A stretch of DNA of 64,000 bases from a virus. The DNA lies in the IMG/VR virus record IMGVR_UViG_3300025150_000004, positions 32,001 through 96,000 of that record; one strand, written 5' to 3'. The notes beneath the pieces are model-generated. The model did not search any database and was not told the DNA's origin. It worked only from the letters and a program-made list of their open reading frames with translations. This document shows, piece after piece, positions 1-10,434 of the stretch; within the stretch, counting starts at the first letter, position 1; every line of letters begins with the position of its first letter. A program made the position numbers and the translations under genes.

Positions 1-492
1 GCAGGGACCGACTACGGGTTCCTGGTGTTCGAGCTTCGGAAGATGGCGTTGTTGGCCGACGCCGCTGGGTCGAAGGTCATCGACCGGGATCACATCTCGA
101 CGGGGATGTCGGAACTTCTCCAGGTGGACATTGGGCTTCTGTTCGATGCCATCCGTACCCGGAACCGTCGTGGGCTCCTGGCTACCCTGGACCGTTTGAA
201 GAAGCGGAGCCGCCAGGACCCCCTCATGTGGGTCACCAGTATGCTCGGTGCGGAGGCGACCAAGTGGCTTCAGGCCGCCAGCTTGGAGAACCTCCCCCCC
301 AAGGTCGCCGCAGCCGAGCTTGGGGTGAACGCATACTACTTCGAGAAGACCATCCTCCCAGCGGCACGGGCCTGGGGTCGGAACCGGATCATCCGCCTCA
401 TCAAGGCGCTCGCCGAGGCCGAGAGGGGCCTTTTGGACGGGCACATTGACCCGTGGATAGGGCTCTGTTCTCGCCTTTTGGAGGTCTGTTGA
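1..492 (+). CDS. holA: DNA polymerase III delta (clamp-loader) subunit, C-terminal part; gene starts upstream of the window
   Basis: Frame is open from base 1 (AGTDYGFLVFELRKM, like HolA G-D-L-x-x-L-x-x-EL-x-KL). It continues with LFDAI, AAAELGVNAY and LAEAERGLLDGHIDP, resembling the delta collar domain. dnaN and dnaX lie nearby. Confidence 0.7.
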   Translation, partial: AGTDYGFLVFELRKMALLADAAGSKVIDRDHISTGMSELLQVDIGLLFDAIRTRNRRGLLATLDRLKKRSRQDPLMWVTSMLGAEATKWLQAASLENLPPKVAAAELGVNAYYFEKTILPAARAWGRNRIIRLIKALAEAERGLLDGHIDPWIGLCSRLLEVC

Positions 493-645
493 TAGCCCTC
501 TCGGGCGGGTACGGTAGAAGGCCAATAGCTCTTGCAGCTATGGAGCGAGTGACGACCAACACGACCTGGTCATAGCCCGGGGAAGGGGCACTGGGCCGGG
601 TCGTTGCTGTTGGCTTTACCGGAACACGAGAGTGGACGCCCGTCG

Positions 646-3600
646 ATGATCTACCACCCGAATCCCCCAACCACAGACCGCAAACCGAGAATTTTCCAAC
701 TGAACCCCTCCTTCTTGGAGAGATTCCTTGGCCAGCAACCAGCATGGGGGCCGGTGGGGTGGTTTACATTCAAGCGAACCTACGCCCGCCGCCTCTGCAA
801 CTGCATCGAGGCGTGCAGCCACCCGACCGAGGAGTTCTGGCAGACGTGCCAGCGGGTCGTCGAGGGATGCTTCAACATTCAGAAGGTCTGGAGCCGTTCC
901 ATGGGGGTCCCGTGGAACGAGTCCAAGGCGCAGAAGTCAGCCCAGGACATGTTCCAGCGGATGTGGGAGTTCAAGTTCACGCCACCTGGGCGTGGCCTCT
1001 GGATGATGGGGACCGACCTCCTGTTCGAGAAGGGTTCAGCCGCTCTCCAGAACTGCTCGTTCGTGACGACCGCCCAGATCAACGAGGACTTCGCTTTCCC
1101 ATTCTGTTTCCTCATGGACATGTCCATGCTGGGCGTGGGCGTGGGCGGCGACACCCGGGGTGCGGAGTCGGTCAAGGTTCTGCCACCCAAGACCACCACG
1201 GACATGCTGGTGGTCGAGGACAGCCGTGAGGGCTGGGTCGAACTCGTCCGCAACGTCCTCAACAGCTTCGTCCACAAGTCGGCTTTCCCGCTCGTGGTGG
1301 ACTACAGCAAGATCCGGCCCCGTGGAGCCCCCATCCGGGGCTTCGGCGGTATCGCCTCGGGGGCCGCTCCGCTCAAGAAGCTGGTCGAGGGGGTCACGAG
1401 GCTCCTGCTGCCCCAGGGCATGTACACCAACTTCGCCAAGTCGGACGACACGGCCGACTCGGTGCGCTGCCTGTTCGAGGGGAACGGCAAGCCCTACAGG
1501 ATCACGTCCAGCCAGATCGTGGACGTGTTCAACTACATCGGCAAATGTCTCCCAGGAAACGCATGGGTGATGACCGTGCAAGGCCCCCGTCAGGTCAAGG
1601 AATTGGTGGGGAAAAAAGTGGACCTGGTCATCGATGGCAAGGTCTACCCGATGGAGTCTGAGGGTTTTTTTCAAACGGGGACGAAGCCCGTCTTGAAGCT
1701 CGTGACCGATCAGGGTTGGGAACTGCGACTCACGGAAGACCACCAGGTCATGTTGGCCGACGGCCGGTGGGTTGCCGCTGGGCAACTGGAGCCTGGGGTC
1801 AAGGTGCGTCTTCACGACCATCAAAACTTCTCCTGGGGGGGTTCTGGCAACGAAGACGACGGCTACGTTCTCGGCCTGCTCGTGGGGGATGGCAGCATTC
1901 GGGATACCGAGTGGGGGGAGCTTGCGATGCTCTTCACCTGGGATCAGGATGCCGGGTCGGCGTCGGTGCGGAAAGTCACCGGAGAGATCGTGGAGAGGAT
2001 GCCTCACCGTGCAGACTGGCAGGGGTGGCGCTACAACGGTGGGGATGGACGGCAGATGCTGTCCAGCAAGGCCCTCACGGTGCTCGCAGCCGAGTACTGG
2101 ATCCGCAAGGGGGCCAAGACCGTCAACGACCGTATTGAGCGTACCTCCAGCGATTTCTACAAGGGGTTCCTGCGGGGGTTGCTGGATGCGGATGGCAGCG
2201 TATCCTCTGACCGCAGGTGCATTACGCTCTCGCAGAGTGACCGTGGGATGCTGCTTGCTGTCCAGCGGATGTTTGGACGGTTGGGCATTCTCTCGTCGGT
2301 GTTCTGGGCTGGGCGGGAGGACGAGTACGTCCTCTACATCGGCGGGGTTGATGCCCAGCGGTGTGCCGAACGGGTTGGTTTTGGAAACACCCGCAAGGCG
2401 GCGGAGATACAAGCGAACCCGTGGGTTCGTGGCCCCTACCAGCGGTCGGCGGTGGCCGTCGTCAAGGCACTTATCCCTGATGGGGATGAGCCGGTCTACG
2501 ACGTTACCGTGAAGGATGTCCACGCTTTCGACGCAAACGGATTCTACGTTCACAACTGTGTCGTGGCCGGTGGGGTCCGCCGCACGGCCGAGATCATGTT
2601 TGGAGAGCCCGACGACTTGGTTTTTCTCGACCTCAAGTCGAACGCCGATCTGCTCCCCCTGTACGAGAGGAAAGCGAAGCTCACCGAAGAGCTTCGGGGT
2701 GCTGCGGAGGCGGGTCTTCCAACGGCGGCGCTGGAGGAACAGGCCGCCGAGGTCGAGGCTGCCATCGCCGCCCACCCACTGAACGACCGACGGTGGGCCT
2801 CGAACAACAGCGTCTTCGGCCACGTCGGGATGGACTACACGGAGATCGCCAAGCAGATCGCCGAGAACGGCGAGCCCGGCATCTTCTGGATCGAGAACGC
2901 CCGCCGGTTCAGCCGGATGGGGGATCCGGCGGACAACAAGGACTATCGGGTGATGGGCACGAACCCCTGCGTCACGGGGGACACCCTCGTTTTCACGGGG
3001 AAGGGTCCTGTTCGGGCGGACAAGCTCGTCGGGCGGCCATTTCACGCCATCGTGGATGGTGGGGCCTACCGCTGCGAGGGCTTCTTCCAGACGGGCGTGA
3101 AGCCGGTGTTCCTCCTCCAGACGAAGGAGGGGCACTCCATTCGTGTCACTGCTGACCACCAAATCCTCATGGCCACCAAGGTCACCCGGAAGAAGCGGTA
3201 CGAGGCGTGGGTCGAGGCGCAGGACTTGGAGCCCGGCGACAAGGTCGTGCTCAACAACGTCAGAACCTTCGAGTCCAGCACGGGTGACTCGGCCCCGCTG
3301 GAGTGGGCGGGTCTCGGAACGGCCGAGGAGGGGTGGCTGTTCGGCAACCTGCTCGGTGATGGCCATTTCCACACCGAGCGGGAGACGGCTACCCTCCAGT
3401 TCTGGGGGTCCACCAAGGAGGCGATGCTGGAAATCGCCCTCCGCCGGATCGAGTCCCTCGGGGGGGACCCCCGTTACCACCAGATGCGGACGGGTTCGGA
3501 AGTTGCTGACCGGGATCTGGTCACGACTGGAAGTCGCCGACTGTGGGAGTTGGCCCCGGAGTTCGGGATCTCTCACGCCAAGGAGATCATCAACGACAAC

Positions 3601-6042
3601 ATCCTGATGGCATCGTCAGCGTTCCAGTCAGCGTTCCTGCGGGGTCTGTTCGATGCCGATGGTTCCGTACAGGGGTCGCAGGCCAAGGGCGTCTCCGTCC
3701 GGCTGTCCTCCTCGAACCGGCAGCACCTCACGGTCGCCCAGCGGATGCTGATGCACTTCGGCATCAACTCGACCATCTACTGGAACCGTCGAGATGAGGG
3801 GACCCGCCTGATGCCTGACGGCAAAGGAGACATGGCCCCCTACGACTGCGAAGCTCAGCACGAACTGGTCGTGTCCAACGACAACATCGCCGTGTTCGCC
3901 GACCGGATCGGGTTCGATGACCCCGAGAAGAAGGCGACCCTTGCGTCCCTGAAGGGCGATTACAAGCGGTCCCTGAACCGGGAGCGGTTCGTGGCCGTGG
4001 TGGAGTCGGTGACCTACGTGGGCGTGGAGCCCGTGTTCGACGGGACCATCGAAGGCGTGCATCGGTTCGGGGCCAACGGGATCACGGTCCACAACTGCGG
4101 GGAGCAGTCGCTCGAACCGTTCGAATTGTGTGTGAGTTCCGACACTTACATTCAACACCGTCGAGGCGTCCAGAAGATTCGGGATCTCGTCGGAGAGTCA
4201 GTGGACATCTGGAACGGCGACGACTGGTCCACGGTCATCCCTCGTGTGACGGGTGAGGGGCGGGAACTGTTCCGGGTCCACCTGTCGGACGGCTCGTACC
4301 TCGACTGCACGGGTAACCACGGGTGGCACGTCAAGCCGACCGGAAAACGGGTGTTCCGCCGGGTCGAAACCTTGGCGCTCACCGAGGGAAGTCAGGTGGT
4401 GCCGTTCGACATCGACGCCCCCATCGAGGGGGAGGAGAACGGGGCTGCTTTTGAGTGGGGGTTGTTTGCTGGGGACGGGTTCCTGTCCACGTCCAACGGG
4501 CACACCTACCCGATGGTCGCTGTGTGCGGCGACAAGGCCAAGCTCATGGATCTCGATGTTCAGGGCACATGGTACAAGCCGCAGATCGTCGAGGGTTACA
4601 CCGACCCAGTCAACCGCCTTTCCCTGCAAGGGCTCATCCCCATGAACGTGGCGGAGTCCCTTCGGTCGAAGGACTGCGGTCTGGCCCCGGACATCTTTCG
4701 CATGAACCGGGAGTCTATCCTTGAGTTCGTGGCTGGGTGGATCGAGGCGGACGGCTCGATCACCAACAAGGGGTCTGGGGCGGAAGGGTTCCGTCTGTAC
4801 GGGTCCGAGGCCAAGCTCCGTGACACCCAACTTCTCCTACGTCGGGCGGGCATCAACCATGCCTCGCTTCGATTGTTCGCCGAGAGAGGAACCGAGACAA
4901 ACCTCGGCGTTCGGAACTACGACCTCTATTACCTCACGATCCCCAGCTACGAGTGCTGCGAGATCCCGACTCGGCTGAAGGTCATCGACTCGTTCGGCTC
5001 CCGTTACGCCACGAACAACGCTCATCCCGAGGGGATGCCCATCGACCGGGCACGGAAGCAGAAGGTGGTGCGGGTCGAGAAGCTGGAGGGCCTGCACACC
5101 ACCTACTGTTTCGACGAACCAGAGAACCACATGGGTGTGTTCGGGAACGTGCTGACCTACCAGTGCAACCTGGTGGAGACCTACCCGGCCCATCACACGG
5201 ATATCGAGGATTTCAAGGCCACCCTCAAGATGGCCTACCTCTACTCCAAGGCAGTCACGTTGGTTCCCTGCCACGAGCCCCGCTCCAATGCCGTGATGAT
5301 GCGGAATCGTCGCATCGGCTGCTCGATGTCGGGCATCGTCCAGGCCCGACAGAAGCTCGGTCACCGGGAGTTCGTCCGGTGGTGTGAAGAGGGGTACGAC
5401 TACATCAAAGATTTGGACCGCATCTACTCGGAGTGGCTCTGCGTCCCAAGGAGCATCAAGGTCACGACGGTCAAGCCCAGCGGGACGGTCTCCCTCCTGT
5501 GCGGGGCGACGCCGGGCATCCACTTCCCTCACAGCCAGTTCTACATCCGGCGCATCCGGGTGGCGAACACCGATCCCCTCGTCGAGGCCGCCAAGAAGGC
5601 GGGCTATCACGTCGAGCCCGACCGCTACGCCGATGACACGTCGGTCGTCTCGTTCCCCGTCGAGGAGAAGCACTTCTCCAAGGGGAAGAACGACGTGACC
5701 ATCTGGGAGCAGTTCACCCTGGCGGCGGCCCTCCAGCGGCACTGGGCGGACAACCAGGTGAGCGTCACCGTCACGTTCAGGCCGGACGAGGCTGAGGAGA
5801 TCGCCACCTGCCTCTCGACCTTCGAGGACCAGTTGAAGTCCATCTCCATGCTCCCGGCCAAGGAGCACGGGTATGAGCAGGCCCCCTACGAGGAGATCGA
5901 CGAGGCCACCTACGAGCGCATGGCGGCCCGCATCACCCCGCTGGACCTGTCCTCGGGCGACTTCCACGACAAGGAGGCCGAGGACAAGTTCTGCTCCAAC
6001 GACTCCTGCACGGTGGATTTCGCCAAGGTCAAGGCTCAGTAG
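646..6042 (+). CDS. nrdJ: Class II (AdoCbl-dependent, monomeric RTPR-type) ribonucleotide reductase precursor with three inteins; about 740 aa after splicing
   Basis: Motifs PPGRGLW, ALQNC, GVGVG, DSREGW, CVVAGGVRR, GEPG, TNPCGEQ, CNLVE, RRIG, VKPSGTVS, NQVSVT, QAPYEEI and a C-terminal Cys pair (FCSNDSC). ATG at 646 preferred over TTG at 604. Confidence 0.95.
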   Translation: MIYHPNPPTTDRKPRIFQLNPSFLERFLGQQPAWGPVGWFTFKRTYARRLCNCIEACSHPTEEFWQTCQRVVEGCFNIQKVWSRSMGVPWNESKAQKSAQDMFQRMWEFKFTPPGRGLWMMGTDLLFEKGSAALQNCSFVTTAQINEDFAFPFCFLMDMSMLGVGVGGDTRGAESVKVLPPKTTTDMLVVEDSREGWVELVRNVLNSFVHKSAFPLVVDYSKIRPRGAPIRGFGGIASGAAPLKKLVEGVTRLLLPQGMYTNFAKSDDTADSVRCLFEGNGKPYRITSSQIVDVFNYIGKCLPGNAWVMTVQGPRQVKELVGKKVDLVIDGKVYPMESEGFFQTGTKPVLKLVTDQGWELRLTEDHQVMLADGRWVAAGQLEPGVKVRLHDHQNFSWGGSGNEDDGYVLGLLVGDGSIRDTEWGELAMLFTWDQDAGSASVRKVTGEIVERMPHRADWQGWRYNGGDGRQMLSSKALTVLAAEYWIRKGAKTVNDRIERTSSDFYKGFLRGLLDADGSVSSDRRCITLSQSDRGMLLAVQRMFGRLGILSSVFWAGREDEYVLYIGGVDAQRCAERVGFGNTRKAAEIQANPWVRGPYQRSAVAVVKALIPDGDEPVYDVTVKDVHAFDANGFYVHNCVVAGGVRRTAEIMFGEPDDLVFLDLKSNADLLPLYERKAKLTEELRGAAEAGLPTAALEEQAAEVEAAIAAHPLNDRRWASNNSVFGHVGMDYTEIAKQIAENGEPGIFWIENARRFSRMGDPADNKDYRVMGTNPCVTGDTLVFTGKGPVRADKLVGRPFHAIVDGGAYRCEGFFQTGVKPVFLLQTKEGHSIRVTADHQILMATKVTRKKRYEAWVEAQDLEPGDKVVLNNVRTFESSTGDSAPLEWAGLGTAEEGWLFGNLLGDGHFHTERETATLQFWGSTKEAMLEIALRRIESLGGDPRYHQMRTGSEVADRDLVTTGSRRLWELAPEFGISHAKEIINDNILMASSAFQSAFLRGLFDADGSVQGSQAKGVSVRLSSSNRQHLTVAQRMLMHFGINSTIYWNRRDEGTRLMPDGKGDMAPYDCEAQHELVVSNDNIAVFADRIGFDDPEKKATLASLKGDYKRSLNRERFVAVVESVTYVGVEPVFDGTIEGVHRFGANGITVHNCGEQSLEPFELCVSSDTYIQHRRGVQKIRDLVGESVDIWNGDDWSTVIPRVTGEGRELFRVHLSDGSYLDCTGNHGWHVKPTGKRVFRRVETLALTEGSQVVPFDIDAPIEGEENGAAFEWGLFAGDGFLSTSNGHTYPMVAVCGDKAKLMDLDVQGTWYKPQIVEGYTDPVNRLSLQGLIPMNVAESLRSKDCGLAPDIFRMNRESILEFVAGWIEADGSITNKGSGAEGFRLYGSEAKLRDTQLLLRRAGINHASLRLFAERGTETNLGVRNYDLYYLTIPSYECCEIPTRLKVIDSFGSRYATNNAHPEGMPIDRARKQKVVRVEKLEGLHTTYCFDEPENHMGVFGNVLTYQCNLVETYPAHHTDIEDFKATLKMAYLYSKAVTLVPCHEPRSNAVMMRNRRIGCSMSGIVQARQKLGHREFVRWCEEGYDYIKDLDRIYSEWLCVPRSIKVTTVKPSGTVSLLCGATPGIHFPHSQFYIRRIRVANTDPLVEAAKKAGYHVEPDRYADDTSVVSFPVEEKHFSKGKNDVTIWEQFTLAAALQRHWADNQVSVTVTFRPDEAEEIATCLSTFEDQLKSISMLPAKEHGYEQAPYEEIDEATYERMAARITPLDLSSGDFHDKEAEDKFCSNDSCTVDFAKVKAQ
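1546..2556 (+). mobile_element. Intein 1 in NrdJ (337 aa, LAGLIDADG endonuclease)
   Basis: IGK|CLPGNAWV ... LTEDH ... LGLLVGDG ... FLRGLLDADG ... YDVTV ... FYVHN|CVVAGG. Confidence 0.95.
2968..4095 (+). mobile_element. Intein 2 in NrdJ (376 aa, LAGLIDADG), inserted before the thiyl-radical Cys of NPCGE
   Basis: TNP|CVTGDTLV ... VTADH ... FLRGLFDADG ... ITVHN|CGEQ. Confidence 0.95.
4129..5163 (+). mobile_element. Intein 3 in NrdJ (345 aa, LAGLIDADG), atypical C-terminus TYQ
   Basis: FEL|CVSSDTYI ... CTGNH ... GLFAGDG ... GWIEADG ... TYCFDEPENHMGVFGNVLTYQ|CNLVE. Confidence 0.9.
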
Positions 6043-6088
6043 CCGGGCTGCCCCTCCCCAAAGGGTAGTACAGGGGAGGAGGCCAGCC

Positions 6089-6607
6089 ATGGAAGCCCTT
6101 CTGACAATCGCCCTCGAAGGCAACTTCTACATCAAGCACGATAGCCTCTGGGTTCGGGCCGAGCCCAGAGACCTGGAGGTAGAGCCCGCTCTCAGGCGTC
6201 TCGAAGGGCGACAGGTTCGCCTCACCGTTGCCCACGTTCCACCGAACGGCATCGAGCCTGGGAGGTGGGGCGGGGGTTCCTGCCGCCTTGAAGTCGCCGG
6301 GGTCCCTTGTCCCGCAGGGCACCACAAAAATCCCGACCGAATGCTGGTGTTTACGGGCGAGGGTCTCCTCCAGAAAGAGGGGGAGGGGTGGGTTCTGCAC
6401 CAGTTCGACGGGAGTAAACTGGAGGTGCCACTCAACATGATGTGGTGTCACCATGGCCGCATCGTGGGGGCCACGACGGATGCCATCGAGCAGATGAAGG
6501 ACAAGCTCGCCACGATGGGGGCCGCAGAACAGGTGGAAGCACTCACGGGACAGGCCCAGAGCCTTCGGGAGATGCTCGATCAGGTCAAAAAGGCTGCGGG
6601 GAACTGA
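6089..6607 (+). CDS. Hypothetical protein
   Basis: GGAGGAGG RBS before ATG 6089; stop overlaps the next start (TGATG). Confidence 0.75.
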   Translation: MEALLTIALEGNFYIKHDSLWVRAEPRDLEVEPALRRLEGRQVRLTVAHVPPNGIEPGRWGGGSCRLEVAGVPCPAGHHKNPDRMLVFTGEGLLQKEGEGWVLHQFDGSKLEVPLNMMWCHHGRIVGATTDAIEQMKDKLATMGAAEQVEALTGQAQSLREMLDQVKKAAGN

Positions 6608-8976
6608 TGGCGTCTGGTTCTTACTACGAGGGGCGGGTCCACACCGTCCTGTTCGACGATTCAGCGGAGGCGTTCTACATCCTCAAGGTCCGCCTTGATG
6701 ATGAGGCCAGCGGCCTCGCCGGGATGCCAGGGCTCGCCGAGCCGGTCACGGTTCGGGGGCACATCCCCGGGATCAAGGTCGAGGTGGGGTGCTGGTTGGG
6801 ATTCGAGGCGACCTGGACCAAGCACGAGAAGTACGGAAAACAGCTTCGGATCACCCGTGCCCCGGTCCTGAAGAACGGCTGGGACGCCGAGACCGCCGAA
6901 AGAATCCTGTCTTCCAACGGGGTGGGCCACCAGGTTTGCCGTCTGATCCGCCAGCACTTCGGCGACGACAAGTTCCTCGACGCCCTCGGCGATCCCAAGA
7001 AGCTCCGCAAGGTTCCCGGCCTGGCCAAGTTCTCCGCCACCCACGTCGCCGAGAGGTGGGCGGCCACCCGGACGTTCTTCCAGACCCTCGGGTTCCTCTC
7101 AGACCTGGGGCTCCCTCCTGGGAAGGTCCGGCAGGTGTGGCGAACGTTCGAGGACGAGGCCGAGAAGATCCTGTCCTCGAACCCATGGGAACTGGTCCGC
7201 ATCGAGGGCATCACCTTCTCCAACGCTGATGAGATCGCCCGGCGGCTGGGCCTGGACCTCACCCACCCGAACCGAATGCGTGGGGCGGTGTTGTATGCGG
7301 CCCAGACTTTCGGCAGCTTCGGCCACACGTACATGTCCACGGGTCATCTGTGGGGCCAGACGAGCACGCTCATTGGAGAACCGGACAAGCAGGCGTTCGC
7401 CGAGGCCCTCACGGCTCTCCACAAGGAGGGGCTCCTGGTCATCGACCGGACAACCAAGCCCGGAACGACCGCCATCTACGAGCCCTTCGCTCATCTGATG
7501 GAGAAGGAGGGGGCCGAGCGGCTCCTCGCTCGCCAGAAGACCGCAGCATTCGGGCCGGGCGGGATAGATGCCGCCGAGTACATGGGGAAGTTGGCTGGGT
7601 TCGGCCCCCTGACCGAAGGGGCCGCCTCGGGTGGAGACCTGGAGGCGACCGTGAAGGCCGCCGTTCGGGAGTGGGGGCACCAATCGTCCATCGATCTTTC
7701 CCCACGGCAACGCCAGGGAGTCGTAAATGCCCTCCTCCACCCGGTCAGCGTTCTCACCGGACTTCCTGGGACGGGGAAGACCACCAGTCTGAAGGCGGCC
7801 GTGGGCATTCTTCAGGACGCCGAGGTCCGGTTCCTCCTCTGTGCCCCGACCGGCATCGCCGCCAAGCGGTTGTCCGCCCTCACGGGGTCGAAGGCGTACA
7901 CCATCCACCGGGCCTTCTCGGCAAAGGGGAAGTCGGACGATGGCCGAGAGGCCACCTACGCTGGGATCGTCGGGGAGACCAAGAGGGCGAGCAAGTCGGG
8001 AGAGGACCAGTCTGACTGGGGGTTCAGTCAAGAGCACCCTCATCCGGCCCAGGTGGTCATCGTGGACGAAGCCTCGATGATCGACCAGCACCTTCTGTTC
8101 CGGCTGCTCGACTGCACCGCCCCCACCTGCCGGATCGTGTTCGTCGGAGACGCTGCACAGCTTCCTTCGGTTGGCCCGGGGAACGTGCTACGGGAGATGA
8201 TCTCCAGTGGCCTGTTTCCGGTCACCAAGCTCACGACCATTTTCCGCCAAGAGGACACCTCGGACATCGTCTTTGCCGCCCACGACATCCACAAGGGCGA
8301 GGTCCCCGATGTATCCAACCCGAAGAGCGACTTCGTCCTCATCCACGTCGAGGACGAGGACAAGGTGCTCGGGACCATCTGCAAGCTGGCAGAGCGTCTC
8401 TACGAGAAGCGGACGGAGTTCCAGATTCTCTCCCCACGCCATGCTGGAACCGTGGGGGTCACCAAGCTCAACGAGCGTCTGCGGGAGCTTCTGAACCCCA
8501 AGGGGCCGGGCAAGGGGGAGGCTCGGGTCGGCAACGACTGGATGCGGGAGGACGACCGGGTGATGGTCGTCCAGAACGACTACAGCCTGGGGGTTTTCAA
8601 TGGGGACGTGGGCAAGATCAGCCGGGTCTCTCTCAAGGAGAAGGCCATCGAGGTCAAGGTCTTCGGGGAGACCCCCCTGTTCGTCCCCATCGAGTTCAAG
8701 AAGGCCATGAAGCTCATCCGGTTGGCCTACGCCTGCACGGTCCACAAGGCTCAGGGGCTCGAATACGACGTGATCGTGATGCCTGTGGTGGATTCTTTCA
8801 AGCACCAGTTGCAGCGGAACCTCCTGTACACGGCCGTCACCCGAGCCCGCAAGAAGGTCATCCTGGTCGGAACCACTTCGGCCCTCACGAAGGCGGTCCT
8901 CAACGCCCGGGAGGACGAGAGGAACACGTTGTTCCTTGACCGCCTGGGAGGGCTCAACACCGCTCCCGTGGGGTAG
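6607..8976 (+). CDS. recD2: RecD2-like SF1B helicase
   Basis: N-terminal OB-like region (HEKYGKQL), HhH region (NPWELVRIEGITFSNADEIA), GLPGTGKT, APTGIAAKRL, TIHR, VDEASM, GDAAQLPSVGPG, IFRQ, NGDVG, AYACTVHKAQGLEY, LLYTAVTRA. Confidence 0.95.
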   Translation: MASGSYYEGRVHTVLFDDSAEAFYILKVRLDDEASGLAGMPGLAEPVTVRGHIPGIKVEVGCWLGFEATWTKHEKYGKQLRITRAPVLKNGWDAETAERILSSNGVGHQVCRLIRQHFGDDKFLDALGDPKKLRKVPGLAKFSATHVAERWAATRTFFQTLGFLSDLGLPPGKVRQVWRTFEDEAEKILSSNPWELVRIEGITFSNADEIARRLGLDLTHPNRMRGAVLYAAQTFGSFGHTYMSTGHLWGQTSTLIGEPDKQAFAEALTALHKEGLLVIDRTTKPGTTAIYEPFAHLMEKEGAERLLARQKTAAFGPGGIDAAEYMGKLAGFGPLTEGAASGGDLEATVKAAVREWGHQSSIDLSPRQRQGVVNALLHPVSVLTGLPGTGKTTSLKAAVGILQDAEVRFLLCAPTGIAAKRLSALTGSKAYTIHRAFSAKGKSDDGREATYAGIVGETKRASKSGEDQSDWGFSQEHPHPAQVVIVDEASMIDQHLLFRLLDCTAPTCRIVFVGDAAQLPSVGPGNVLREMISSGLFPVTKLTTIFRQEDTSDIVFAAHDIHKGEVPDVSNPKSDFVLIHVEDEDKVLGTICKLAERLYEKRTEFQILSPRHAGTVGVTKLNERLRELLNPKGPGKGEARVGNDWMREDDRVMVVQNDYSLGVFNGDVGKISRVSLKEKAIEVKVFGETPLFVPIEFKKAMKLIRLAYACTVHKAQGLEYDVIVMPVVDSFKHQLQRNLLYTAVTRARKKVILVGTTSALTKAVLNAREDERNTLFLDRLGGLNTAPVG

Positions 8977-9012
8977 AAGTGGGCATCAAGCCGCCCGTCG
9001 CAGGGCTGGGAG

Positions 9013-9399
9013 ATGGATATGACCAGGGACGAAAAGAAGGCGGTCATCAAGCAAGTGCGGGACCGGCTCAAGATCACCAAGGTCATCTGCACCCGTTCCG
9101 TGAAGGGCCGGGGCGGTGACCACTTCGTCGGGTTCTCGGCTGCCTGGGATTCCGTGCAGGACGATGGTAGCCGGGGATTGGCCTCCATGCCGTCCGAGGC
9201 CGACTTCGCCGCCAGCGGGATGACCTTGAAGGAAGCCAAGATCGCCGCTTACCTGCTAGGGATGCAGGTGGACCAGACGGCCTTCGAGAACGCAGCCGCA
9301 GGGTCCATCATCACGAAGGGCGAGGCCGACAGGGCATGTACAGCCGTGGCTCACAACTACGGCAAGCTGATGGCTGCCCTCTTGGGCGGCGAGGAGTAG
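9013..9399 (+). CDS. Hypothetical protein
   Basis: ORF with genome-typical GC3 codon bias between recD2 and the SSB cluster. Confidence 0.75.
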   Translation: MDMTRDEKKAVIKQVRDRLKITKVICTRSVKGRGGDHFVGFSAAWDSVQDDGSRGLASMPSEADFAASGMTLKEAKIAAYLLGMQVDQTAFENAAAGSIITKGEADRACTAVAHNYGKLMAALLGGEE

Positions 9400-9406
9400 A
9401 AGGCCC

Positions 9407-10333
9407 ATGAGCCAGCCAAAGCCCCAGCAGCAGGCCCAGACGTTGTTCAAGGATACGTCGGATGCCCTGCTGTCCAACGACGAGGTGGATGCCATCTACG
9501 TCCGCCTGGAGGGGCTCAGGGTTGCGCTGGACTCCGACCCCCTCGCCTTCGGACCAAAGCGGTTGCAGGAGAAGACGGCCCTGTGCCGCAAGCACCTCAC
9601 CGAGGTCGAGGGGATTTTCCTCGACGTGAGCCGAAGACTCCATCACCTCAAGCGGGATCTCCGGGCCAAGCAGTCAGCCCTCGAACTGGCAACCAAGTTC
9701 CTGTTCGCCGAGGACCCCGAGGTCCGGGCTGGTCGGAACATCTCTGACCGGGATGCTTACGCTGCCATCAAGCTCAAGCCCGAGTGGCTGGAGGTCCACA
9801 AGCTGGAGCAGCAGGTCTCCGACATGGATGCCGTGCTCCTGGTCATCAAGGCCAAGCGCTCGGATCTGCGAGACACCCAAGGCCGTTTGCGGGACCAGGT
9901 TCGCCTCTGCGCCACGGAGCTTGAGCTTGGGGGCCGGTGGGGAACCAGGAGACCAGGTGCCCCGGAACTGGAGCCCGGCCAGGGGGTGGCCACCGGCGAT
10001 GACGCCCAGGATGTTGTCAACCTCATTCAGGAGATGGGCGGAGAAGGTGAAATCCACCTCGGAGCCATCTCTGATGACGACTCCGAGGATGATGAGGTGG
10101 AGACCCCTCCTGAAGAGTCCCCGGCCGAGGAGCCCCTTTCGGAGGATCCTCTGCTCTCGGCGACGACCGGGGGAGAGGCCAAGACGGCGGCCGAGGTGCT
10201 GCCTGGAAATGGAACGTCCGGGGACGAGATCGACCGTGCCCTGGCCGCAGTAGAGGTCCCGAAGCCCAAGGGTGGCACCGGCTCCCCCTTCACGGACCAG
10301 AACCTCGATTCCCTACTCGAAATGTTCGAGTAG
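9407..10333 (+). CDS. Coiled-coil protein with acidic tail; possible UvsY-like recombination mediator
   Basis: Long amphipathic helices and an acidic C-terminal tail ending LDSLLEMFE. Lies directly before SSB, RuvC and RecA. Function is inferred from context only. Confidence 0.4.
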   Translation: MSQPKPQQQAQTLFKDTSDALLSNDEVDAIYVRLEGLRVALDSDPLAFGPKRLQEKTALCRKHLTEVEGIFLDVSRRLHHLKRDLRAKQSALELATKFLFAEDPEVRAGRNISDRDAYAAIKLKPEWLEVHKLEQQVSDMDAVLLVIKAKRSDLRDTQGRLRDQVRLCATELELGGRWGTRRPGAPELEPGQGVATGDDAQDVVNLIQEMGGEGEIHLGAISDDDSEDDEVETPPEESPAEEPLSEDPLLSATTGGEAKTAAEVLPGNGTSGDEIDRALAAVEVPKPKGGTGSPFTDQNLDSLLEMFE

Positions 10334-10434
10334 GGTGGTTCGATTTTGTGAGGGGTGGAGTAGATAGGTTCCAGAGCGGGCACTTGTCCTGAAACCCCAA
10401 CGTACTGACTCATGACCCGCCAAGGAGAGACGAG

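Noticed and set aside
526-542. ATAGCT-N5-AGCTAT palindrome upstream of nrdJ
   Set aside because: It is a single short copy, not an NrdR box, and no cobalamin riboswitch is recognisable. Evidence is insufficient.
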